The notes under the pieces were generated by a model. The model searched no databases. It had not been told where the DNA came from and saw nothing but the letters and a program-made list of their open reading frames with translations. The position numbers and the translations under genes were made by a program. A stretch of DNA of 64,000 nucleotides from an uncultured Christensenella sp. (GTDB lineage Bacteria; Bacillota; Clostridia; Christensenellales; UBA3700): the NCBI GenBank assembly GCA_964478025.1, contig CAYZGK010000001.1, positions 23,631 to 87,630 of the forward strand, read 5' to 3'. This document shows positions 1-8,800 of this stretch, one piece after another (positions within the stretch are counted from its first letter, which is position 1; each line of letters opens with the position of its first letter).

Positions 1-1
1 A

Positions 2-865
2 GAAAATGATGTAAAGCCAGTAAATATAGACCCTGAACTAAATACAGGTATACAAGACATGATTTGTTTAGGTTCTATGTTAATGCAAGGTTTAATTGAA
101 GGAAAGACTGAAGATAGTGCATTCTTTAATGAATCTAATATGGACTCTAAGGATAAGGAAGAGAAAGAAAAGGAAAAAGAAAAACAAGAAATAACGGAAC
201 AAACGCCAGAAAGTGAAGAAGAGCCTAAGGAGGATGAGGAAGAGAAAAAAGAAACTCCAAAAGAGGCAATTGACCAAGATGTTGTTCCTGATGATGTAGA
301 TAAAGTTGAAGAAAAGAATGAGGAGCCTAAAGAGGATGAGGAAGAAATTCCACCAATTGAGGAGCCTGAAGTAGACGATGATGAGGATGAAGAGGACGAA
401 GACGAAGACGAGGATGATGATGAGGATGAAGAGGACGAAATCCAAGATGTAGGCCTTATTGAAGAGACTCGTGATATGTTCCAAAGAACTGCAGATGAGG
501 TTGCTTTAACTAAAGCTGAAATGACCAGAATAAATAAGGCCATAGATAGAGTACTTGAAAAGGTTAAAATGGAAAATGCAGCCGCCTCAACATCAGCGGT
601 TTTAGATAAGATAGATAATAAGGAAGTGCTAGCTGAAAGATTAATTGCACAAATAGAAAAGGAAAGGGCTATGATTATGCGTGCAAAGAAAAAGAGAGAA
701 GAAGCATTTAAGCGTGAACAAGCAGCACTTTTAAAGATAGAAGAAAGAGAAACGCAAAGACTAGCTCAGCTTGATGAGCAAATAGCAAAACATGAAGCTG
801 GAGAAACAATGGATGAAAGCATTGTTTATGCTGGCTTAAGTGAGACAAATAATGGGGCAAGCTAA
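2..865 (+). CDS. hypothetical acidic coiled-coil protein, 5' end outside the window
   Basis: The frame is open from nt 2, with no stop before the ATG at 59 that the ORF track uses. Stop TAA at 863-865. The translation has a long D/E tract (EVDDDEDEEDEDEDEDDDEDEEDE, about nt 365-440, GAN-codon low complexity) and then a K/E/R/A-rich, heptad-like C-terminus. No family recognised. Confidence 0.5.
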   Translation, partial: ENDVKPVNIDPELNTGIQDMICLGSMLMQGLIEGKTEDSAFFNESNMDSKDKEEKEKEKEKQEITEQTPESEEEPKEDEEEKKETPKEAIDQDVVPDDVDKVEEKNEEPKEDEEEIPPIEEPEVDDDEDEEDEDEDEDDDEDEEDEIQDVGLIEETRDMFQRTADEVALTKAEMTRINKAIDRVLEKVKMENAAASTSAVLDKIDNKEVLAERLIAQIEKERAMIMRAKKKREEAFKREQAALLKIEERETQRLAQLDEQIAKHEAGETMDESIVYAGLSETNNGAS

Positions 866-1607
866 GAAAACAAAAGTCCCAAAGTGGCTTTCTATAACAC
901 TTAAGATTATAGAATGGACCTTAATACTTTTAATAGTTGGTTGTATGCTAAAGCTTATAGCCCAAAGAATAGTAGGTGATACGCCTTCGCTTTTTGGCTA
1001 TACAACATATACCGTGGTTTCAGATTCTATGGATCCAACATATAAAGTTGGAGACGTAGTAATTTGCAAGAACATAAAAAATCCTAAGCCTGAGGATTTT
1101 ATAGTTGAAGATGGTGAGGAAAAACCAGTAATTGCATTCATTGCTCCTGAGGGCTTTGACTATAAAGGACTGCTTACAGGGCAAACGGTAACACATAGAA
1201 TATATGGAGAACCGTATGAAGAGGATGGTATTTGGTACGTGCATACAAAAGGAGATAATGAAATAGCAGTCTTAGATAGCGTGCCAGTGCCACTAGATAA
1301 CATAAAGGGTATAATAGTAGGTAAGAGCAGTGTTATTGCCTTTCTTATTAAAATCTTGCAAAAATGGTATGGATTTGCTTGTATTATAGTAATACCACTC
1401 CTTGCGATACTTATTTGGCAAGTTATAATACTAGCAAAGGCTGGAACAGATAAAAAGGCACAAAAACTTGAAGAAGAAAAACAAGAAGAGATTAAAAAGC
1501 TTCAAGAAAAGGCAGTACAAAACGTGCTAGATAACGAAGAAGAAATAAAGAAAAAAGCAATAGAAGAATATATAAAGAAAAATGGAGATATAGATGGCTC
1601 TAAGTAG
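852..1607 (+). CDS. signal peptidase I, SipW/Sec11 (ER-archaeal) type, paralog 1
   Basis: N-terminal TM (WTLILLIVGCMLKLI), catalytic Ser box VVSDSMDPTYKVGDVV, His box VTHRIYG, a second C-terminal TM (FACIIVIPLLAILIWQVIIL), then a K/E-rich tail. The ORF-track start at 840 is GTG. I chose the in-frame ATG at 852, but either is possible. The gene overlaps the upstream stop and the downstream start (1594). Confidence 0.8.
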   Translation: MGQAKKTKVPKWLSITLKIIEWTLILLIVGCMLKLIAQRIVGDTPSLFGYTTYTVVSDSMDPTYKVGDVVICKNIKNPKPEDFIVEDGEEKPVIAFIAPEGFDYKGLLTGQTVTHRIYGEPYEEDGIWYVHTKGDNEIAVLDSVPVPLDNIKGIIVGKSSVIAFLIKILQKWYGFACIIVIPLLAILIWQVIILAKAGTDKKAQKLEEEKQEEIKKLQEKAVQNVLDNEEEIKKKAIEEYIKKNGDIDGSK

Positions 1608-2466
1608 TAAAGAACAAGAAAACATCATAAAAAACAAAACAATAAGAGCGGCTTCAAATAGAAGAACCGCAACAAAGATTATTGTTATTGTTCTTATTGC
1701 GGCTCTTTTAATAACAGGAGGCGCCTATGGTGTTATGACATATATTGATGCAAATACTATGCTTATATCTATATCTGACGCAAAGGATGGTTTAGCACTT
1801 TGTGAAACTTCAGACTTTTTAGAATATACAAATAACCTAGATATGAATGCACCAAGTTCAATTGATGCATATACATATCCTTGGTTTAATATACAAAGTA
1901 ATATCTTAGGTCAAGATGGTGCCCATCATGGTGCGGCGTATGTAGCGTATAGTTTTTATGTTAAAAACATTAGTAAAACATCGACATGTAAGTACAATAT
2001 GGGTATAAGAATTATTCGTGATACAAAAAATATCTCATCAGCGCTAAGAGTGCTAGTAATTGAAAGTGATGAAAATAACTTAAATGAGGTAAGCTCATCA
2101 CAAGTTTATGGTAAGGCAAAGAGTGATGGAACGAGCGAGTATGTATCTTATGATAAATGTGAAAAAGATCAACTTGGAGTGTCGCTTGAAGAACTTAACG
2201 CCTCATATGCGCTTTTAAATACAAATATGGCAACACCATTTTATGGAGAGCTTTACGATGATGATACAAATGAGGACCTTGGTTATTATATAATGTTTGA
2301 AAAGGACAAGCGCTTAACTTATAGCGCCTATAAAAAATATACAATTGTAGTTTGGCTAGAAGGAACTGATTTACAATGCGTAAATGACATAGTAGGTGGA
2401 AAGTGTTCAATATCTACAATATTTACAGTAACAGAATATGAAGAGCCAGAATACTATGGAGCGTAG
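1594..2466 (+). CDS. exported protein, candidate SipW substrate (TasA/camelysin-like by context)
   Basis: 290 aa. GGAG lies 6 nt upstream of the ATG. Basic N-terminus, one hydrophobic segment (IIVIVLIAALLITGGAYGV), then a beta-rich S/T/N/Y ectodomain. It sits between the two sipW-type genes. The family assignment comes from context and the N-terminal motif only. Confidence 0.5.
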   Translation: MALSSKEQENIIKNKTIRAASNRRTATKIIVIVLIAALLITGGAYGVMTYIDANTMLISISDAKDGLALCETSDFLEYTNNLDMNAPSSIDAYTYPWFNIQSNILGQDGAHHGAAYVAYSFYVKNISKTSTCKYNMGIRIIRDTKNISSALRVLVIESDENNLNEVSSSQVYGKAKSDGTSEYVSYDKCEKDQLGVSLEELNASYALLNTNMATPFYGELYDDDTNEDLGYYIMFEKDKRLTYSAYKKYTIVVWLEGTDLQCVNDIVGGKCSISTIFTVTEYEEPEYYGA

Positions 2467-2472
2467 AACTAA

Positions 2473-3498
2473 ATGAGTAAAAATAAGGAAGAGTCTAAAG
2501 TAAAAAGAATAGTAAATATTGTTGTAATGGTAGTTGAAATAATTGTCATAATTTTAGCAATTGTTCTTGCCGTTTCAGTAATATTTGGTTCTAAAAAGAC
2601 TGAAGAAGATTTAAGTAAAGGATATAACTTAACGGTAGTTTTATCTGACTCTATGAATGGTAACATGACAAAAGATCAAATAAAGACCATTTATAGCGAA
2701 TCAACACATCCAATAGGTTCATTTAATATAAAGGATTTACTTATAGTAAAGGCCGTATCAAGTGAGGAAGACTACAAATCTTTACGAATTGGCGATGTTA
2801 TAACCTACATAGGAAATGTTAATGGTCAACAAGCTTTAATTACCCACAGAATTATACAAATAGATAAAGTTGTTGATGGAAATCTATATACCCTTGCATA
2901 TTCTGATGAGAACAATGTTATTCATAAACATGAAAACTATGAAGAGCTACAAAATGCAGATGGTTATTATAACTATTTAACACTAGGAGACTTACAAAGA
3001 AACGATGATGGAACATTTGAGCCATCTCAAGGAATATTATATGAAGAATCTCAAGTTCAAGGTGTAGTTCTATCCGTTATTCCAAAGGTGGGCGGTATAA
3101 TTTATTGGTTCTTAGATTCAAAGCATTTCTTATGGTCTGTTGTAATACCACTTGCGGCCCTTCTTGCGTATAATTTGTACTTACTTGTAAAACTTATAAT
3201 AAGTGCAAGATTTAAAAAGCTTGAACAACAAAAACAAGAAGAAATTGAAGCTTTAAAGAATTCTATTATGGCTAATCAAAATCCAGTAAATACTGAGGCA
3301 AACTCTCTTGAGGAAGAAATAAAGAAAAAAGCCATTGAAGAGTATTTAGCAAAAATAGCACAAGAGGCTGTAGAAAAGGAAAGGGCTAAGGCGCTATCGG
3401 GGGCGGATAATACAACTATTTCTAGTGAAAAAATAGAGGATAGCGCAAAGGATACAAACAAACAAGACACTGCGCTTGAGGATAAAAAACAAGAGTAA
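2473..3498 (+). CDS. signal peptidase I, SipW/Sec11 type, paralog 2
   Basis: TM (IVNIVVMVVEIIVIILAIVLAVSVI), Ser box VVLSDSMNGNM, His box ITHRIIQ, C-terminal TM (LWSVVIPLAALLAYNLYLLV). The K/E-rich tail shares KLE(E/Q)(E/Q)KQEEI and EEEIKKKAIEEY with paralog 1. There is a larger insert between the Ser and His boxes. Confidence 0.8.
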   Translation: MSKNKEESKVKRIVNIVVMVVEIIVIILAIVLAVSVIFGSKKTEEDLSKGYNLTVVLSDSMNGNMTKDQIKTIYSESTHPIGSFNIKDLLIVKAVSSEEDYKSLRIGDVITYIGNVNGQQALITHRIIQIDKVVDGNLYTLAYSDENNVIHKHENYEELQNADGYYNYLTLGDLQRNDDGTFEPSQGILYEESQVQGVVLSVIPKVGGIIYWFLDSKHFLWSVVIPLAALLAYNLYLLVKLIISARFKKLEQQKQEEIEALKNSIMANQNPVNTEANSLEEEIKKKAIEEYLAKIAQEAVEKERAKALSGADNTTISSEKIEDSAKDTNKQDTALEDKKQE

Positions 3499-3507
3499 GG
3501 AACATGT

Positions 3508-4329
3508 ATGAAGGCGGAAAAGATAATAACACCAATACTTCTTATAGTCGTGTCATTTGTGGCTCTAATGGCCACATTTGCATGGTTTGCGTCTAAAACT
3601 ACGCAAACGGTTAAAGGTGTTATTAAATCTGGCGATGTTACGTCCTTTTCAATTGCGGCAGGCAATGAATATATGGATGGAGATTGTATAAAATATCCAA
3701 CTCCATATGAAGGTCAAAAAGGATATGACTCAAATGGTAATATTTATACCACGTCAGATAAGCCTTATGAAATGAAATATAATTTAAGTTTCGTTATGAA
3801 ATCTAGTAGTGATTGCGTAATGAAAATTTCAATAGCAAAAGTTATTGTTAATTTAACAGATAAATACCCATATACTTTAGCTCAAACAATTGAAAATGTA
3901 TTAGGCGTAAGTGGAATTTTAGAGAGTGATTATACTAAGTATTACTCCTCGTCCGTAGATTCACTGCCAACAGGTGAGGGAGCTTCGCCTTTTTATTGCG
4001 TATATAATGAAAAGACACAGAAGGTTACAAGTATAGTTATAACTGGGGGTTATGTAGATAGATATTTTTGCTTTGATTATTGGAAAAGTGCTGAAGAGAT
4101 GATAGAGAGAGGAGACACAGATTCACGGTATGAATCGGCATTATCTAGTGGTATGAATTATACATATGGCGTAGATGTATCGGCTTCTGGTATAACAAAC
4201 TATATAGGTTTATATATAGGCTTTTATGGATATAACCAAGAAAGAAGTACGTACAGCGAGGAGTTTAGATTTTCAGATCAAACAACATTCTTAAACTCGT
4301 CATTTAAGTTTATATTCTCAGTGGGGTAA
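3508..4329 (+). CDS. exported protein, candidate SipW substrate
   Basis: 273 aa. N-terminus MKAEKIITPILLIVVSFVALMATFAWFASKT: a basic n-region, an h-region, then the T-F-A-W-F motif typical of TasA/camelysin-class signal peptides. AAGGAA lies upstream of the ATG. Confidence 0.55.
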   Translation: MKAEKIITPILLIVVSFVALMATFAWFASKTTQTVKGVIKSGDVTSFSIAAGNEYMDGDCIKYPTPYEGQKGYDSNGNIYTTSDKPYEMKYNLSFVMKSSSDCVMKISIAKVIVNLTDKYPYTLAQTIENVLGVSGILESDYTKYYSSSVDSLPTGEGASPFYCVYNEKTQKVTSIVITGGYVDRYFCFDYWKSAEEMIERGDTDSRYESALSSGMNYTYGVDVSASGITNYIGLYIGFYGYNQERSTYSEEFRFSDQTTFLNSSFKFIFSVG

Positions 4330-4332
4330 TAA

Positions 4333-4992
4333 ATGGGTAAAACAAAATTAGCAATTTTAATAAGTTCAATAGCTATAATTGTTTTAGTAGTAGCGTCAGT
4401 TACTGCCTATGCCTTTTGGGGCGGAAATCCATCGCTTACTATTCCTGATGAAAATTCAGCTAATATAGACAACACTACAAATGTTACATATAAATATATG
4501 GTCTTTGCACCAAATGGAACATATACTAAAGACTATAGATTGTTTTTTGATGAAGATACGCAAAAGTTTAAATTATACGAAATCAGCACTGATGGATCGT
4601 CAAAGAGTTTAAGTAGTGACACTATAACCTATACAAATGTAGCATTAATTGGGTATATAGGTTCGTTAGGAGAGTATGAAAAGGCGATTATTCCTGAAAG
4701 TATAACGGTTGGAGATAGCAGCTTTAGCGTAACTAAAATAAATCTTTACATGACAGATTATGATGATTTAAAAAATATTACGAAAGTGAGTGTGCCAAGT
4801 GCTGTAACAAGCATTGAAGGGGCCTCATTTTCAGGATGTGGAAACTTAAGTGAAGTTTATTTTGAAAATGAAACTTCGCTTCCTTCTATTTCTAAATGGA
4901 GCTTTATTGGAGTTAGTGGCAATATTAAATATTACCAAAAAAGTGGAGACACATACACGGAACTTGGAGGAATAACAAAACTTGAAGAATAA
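4333..4992 (+). CDS. exported protein with BspA-type leucine-rich repeat (LRR_5-like) C-terminus, candidate SipW substrate
   Basis: 219 aa. N-terminus MGKTKLAILISSIAIIVLVVASVTAYAFWGGN. The C-terminal part (VSVPSAVTSIEGASFSGCGNLSEVYFENETSLPSISKWSFIG) matches the BspA/LRR_5 repeat pattern that also occurs in the S8 protease at 44810. Confidence 0.6.
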   Translation: MGKTKLAILISSIAIIVLVVASVTAYAFWGGNPSLTIPDENSANIDNTTNVTYKYMVFAPNGTYTKDYRLFFDEDTQKFKLYEISTDGSSKSLSSDTITYTNVALIGYIGSLGEYEKAIIPESITVGDSSFSVTKINLYMTDYDDLKNITKVSVPSAVTSIEGASFSGCGNLSEVYFENETSLPSISKWSFIGVSGNIKYYQKSGDTYTELGGITKLEE

Positions 4993-5587
4993 GGCACTTA
5001 TAGCTAGTATTATAATTTTAATTATAGTTACTGCAATTATTGCAGTATCTGTAAGCTACGCCTTTTTCTCAGTTGGAAACTCTGAGTTTTCTCTTGAAAT
5101 TTCATCTGCAACAAGCGCTGAGATTGCCTTAACGCTAGAGATGTCTAATACTACGCTTACGCCAAATTCGACGCATTCAGGTGTTGGAAATTATACAAAA
5201 TCTAGTGTAGTTAATGATGAAAAATATGCAGTTTATGCTATTAAATATAACTGCTTATCTACTGTAAATGTTGGGTGGTATGTAACTAAAGCTTCATATA
5301 TAGATGGGGATAATAACAGTTTAAGTGATGGCAAATCTACATACTTAGATAAACATCTAAATTATAGCTTTATAAGGGTAGACTCTTATGATGCAAGTAA
5401 TTTACCAGAGGCAACATCGTGGGTTACAAAAAGCACAACATATACGATAAATGATACTCCACAAGGTGAAGGGTATATGCTTGTTTATGTTAAATTTGAT
5501 GTATCTCAAGAACTTGTTCCAGAGTTTTTTGATGATGTAAAAATCTCATTCACAATAGCAACTGAAATTGAGAATACTCAAAGTTAG
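4982..5587 (+). CDS. exported protein, candidate SipW substrate (TTG start)
   Basis: 201 aa. TTG start at 4982, with GGAGG at 4966-4970 (11-nt spacing). It overlaps the upstream stop by 11 nt. N-terminus (M)KNKALIASIIILIIVTAIIAVSVSYAFFSVGN carries the same motif class. Confidence 0.5.
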   Translation: MKNKALIASIIILIIVTAIIAVSVSYAFFSVGNSEFSLEISSATSAEIALTLEMSNTTLTPNSTHSGVGNYTKSSVVNDEKYAVYAIKYNCLSTVNVGWYVTKASYIDGDNNSLSDGKSTYLDKHLNYSFIRVDSYDASNLPEATSWVTKSTTYTINDTPQGEGYMLVYVKFDVSQELVPEFFDDVKISFTIATEIENTQS

Positions 5588-5759
5588 AAAAGCCCTTAAA
5601 ATATACTTTGCCAAAAAATAGACAAAATATGCCAAACATTCGATGGCTGCTAATATTTAAAGAAAATTTTACATTAAGAATTTTTTAAGAAAAGTTTAAG
5701 GTTTTATGTAAAATAATAATTAAATTTTTAATAATTTTACCATTTTAAGTTTTGTTTTA

Positions 5760-5788
5760 TTGAATCTTTAATTGCGCCTATATATATT
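5760..5788 (+). promoter_or_regulatory. putative sigma-A-type promoter of the giant gene
   Basis: TTGAAT (5760-5765), a 17-nt spacer, then TATATT (5783-5788), inside a 235-bp AT-rich gap. The RBS AAAGGAG lies upstream of the ATG at 5823. Sequence match only. Confidence 0.3.
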
Positions 5789-5822
5789 ATATATAAATAT
5801 ATAATAAATAAAGGAGCGACAA

Positions 5823-8800
5823 ATGCTTAAAGAGAAAAAATCCAGCATATTAGTTATAGGCATTATATGTATAGTCATAGCTATGCTTGTCGTTTCTTTT
5901 ATGTTTAATCAAGGCCATGAAGAAGTAAAAATTTTATCTACAAATGAAATTTCTTCTGCAAACACTTCTACTTGGTCAAATGGTTATGGACTTGCTTCAA
6001 ATGGTGATGGGCTAGAGGATGGTCAAGTACCAAGTGGTTATAGTAATACATCTGGTAGTTCTAACTATACATCAAGCACTGGGCAACTTAAAGGTTCAAC
6101 AAATTATTATATGTCTTCTGATGTAACATTAAATGTTTCTTCCTATATTGAGGATCAAACCGCATATAGTGGAATTTTTGATGGTTGTGGTCATACTTTG
6201 ACAATAATTAATAGTGATAGAGATGTTTCCTCTGATATTAAAGGTGATACGAGCTATTATAGAGGAATTTTATGTGGCGTTTTGTCTGGAACTATAAAGA
6301 ATGTAACAATTGTTATACCTTCTAATTCTTATGGACTTCATATAGTTAGTAAGTGGATACAATCTGGCAGTGGACATTGGGGGAATCAATCTAAAGGTGC
6401 AGCAAAACTTTATTTTGGTTATATTGGTCATACAATAAGTGGCGGAACTGTAAATAATGTTAAGATAGTTTATAAGTCAAGTGATAAACTGATAAAATTA
6501 AATGTAGGATATGGTACAAATACGTTTTGTGATGCTCTTATGTTTGGCCTATCTAATGGTGGTACAATATCTAATACAACACTAAGACTAGAGTCTAATG
6601 TGGATTTGCATACATGGGTTCAATATGGCACAGATTATTTTGGTCATGCACTATTTGTAGGTTATACAAATAGCGGTACAACTACCAATATAAATGGCTG
6701 TTCTATAGAAGGTAGTGGTTCATTATCTAATTCTAAATGGGGTGGCTCAGGTGTTCGTGCTAGATTTGGGCTTCTTGGTGGTATTATAACTAACGGAACT
6801 TTTAATGTTAATGGACTAGACTGCGGTGGCTGGACAGGAGGCTTTAGTTGGACTGACGCTGCTTTTCAAAGTGGAGATTACCATGCCGGCACTTTTGTTG
6901 GTGAAACATCTTCAAGTACTGGTGGAGATATAACTAATATTTTTTATTCAGCAACCGACAGTGGTATAAAAAAATTGGATAATTCTCAATCAGCATGGCG
7001 TAGTGGTTCCCAACAAAATAAATATGCGACAGCAAATTTTCAACAATACACGATATCTTACTCAAATATAGGATTTTGCCATTCAAATACAAGCAATATG
7101 TGGGTTGGTGAGTTGACTTCATACTCTGGAAGTGGAAATTCGACAACAGGTTCATTTGTAAATAGTATAACAATGAATAGTACTATATATGAAACAGGTT
7201 CATTTATTGCATATAGAGGAATTAGTAATAGAGCGGTACCTATAATTGCAGTATCTTCTATAACAAGTGTAATTTCCGCATATACAAAAGGTAGTTATGC
7301 TTATGCTAATCCTGATATGGTAAATACAATCTCTGGTGGTCCTACATTTACAAAGACTTCATCAAATAATTCTACAAATGTTTATTCAGGAACATATAAT
7401 GGAACTGCAGTATCATCAGTAAGCTCTGTTGTAAATATTTATAGAGCAGGCAATAAAGTAAAAGAATATTCTATTCCTTCTTGGAATTCAACACCTAGTG
7501 GCAACAAAAAAGATGTAGGAACTTATACTTATTTATATAATTATTCAAGTATAAGTAAATATAATAGTTCTGAGGCTCAAGGTTTCTATCTAGAAGCAAA
7601 TAAGGAAGTTTCAGACTATTATGTTCTTTTACCATCAGGAAGCGCATTTAGCGTTCAATTAAATATAACTCGTGCGCCACTTACTATATCATCAAGTAGC
7701 TACACGGGTACATATGATGGAAATTCACATAATATAACAATAAATGGCTTATTTAGTAATAGTGGTTATGTAAATGGTGAAACATTAAGTAGTTTATTAT
7801 CTTCGGGATACGCAACGGTTTCTGTTGGTTCTTTAAGTGGGACAAGTGTAACTGAAAGTAATTTTAATAATTTAGCAATTACATCAGTTTCAGATAGTGT
7901 AAAGAGTATTCCAATTTCCATTTCATTTACAAACTATTCTATAAATAACGCTAATAGTTATAGCAAAACTGAAACTATAACAATAAATCCTGTTAATTTA
8001 ACTATAACTACAAGTGATTATAGCAATTCTTATGATGGAGCTATTCATGGCATTCAAACAACAGGAAATATAATTTTAAATAATGAGATTCAATCATCAG
8101 GTTATGTAAATGGTGAAACGCTAGCATCAATTATACAAAACGGAAAAGGAAGTTTTTCTGTTTTATACAACTCCGTTGCTGACACAACACCTAATACAAC
8201 AATATCGGGTGTTGATGCAGTAAATGGGTATTCATCTCTTGCAATATCTCATGTAAAAGATAGTGTAAGAACTATACAAATAAACTTAAGTTTAGTTGAC
8301 TATATAATTAATTCAACATCTCATGATTTTACATCAACAAATACTATAACAATTACTCCAGCATCATTAACTCTTGATGAAACTATAGTTAAAGATTATG
8401 AGTATTCTGGATATTCTTTATATGAAAATTCGGCAATAACTGATAGGGGTTATGAGTTTTATAATAGTGTTTTGCAAGCAGCACAAACAAGTGGATCTCC
8501 AGGCCTATCTCTTTTAAATTATGACCAAATGATTCAAAATAGAGAATTAACATTTACATCAAGTGCTACAACTGTTTTAGACGTTAATTCTTATACATTC
8601 ACTGTTCAAGCATCTTCTTCATCTACAGGCTCAGCTGAGGCTGACTTTACGCTTCAAGGTGAGCATACATTTAGTTATAACATTACAAAAGGAACAACAA
8701 TTTTAAGTATAACCTTAATTGGAAATAGTGATGTATCAACATACACTGGTACAAGTAATACAGCCTCAGGTAGTAAAGTTTATAACGATCAAAATGAACC

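Noticed and set aside
92-484. 130-aa minus-strand ORF antisense to the acidic protein gene
   Set aside because: It is the mirror image of the GAN-codon low-complexity tract, which reads as F/L/I-rich nonsense. It has no RBS and lies entirely inside a better-supported + strand ORF.
5609-5636. TGCCAAA repeated twice, 21 bp apart, upstream of the giant gene
   Set aside because: There are only two 7-mers in AT-rich DNA, about 130 bp upstream of the putative promoter. This is too weak to call an operator.
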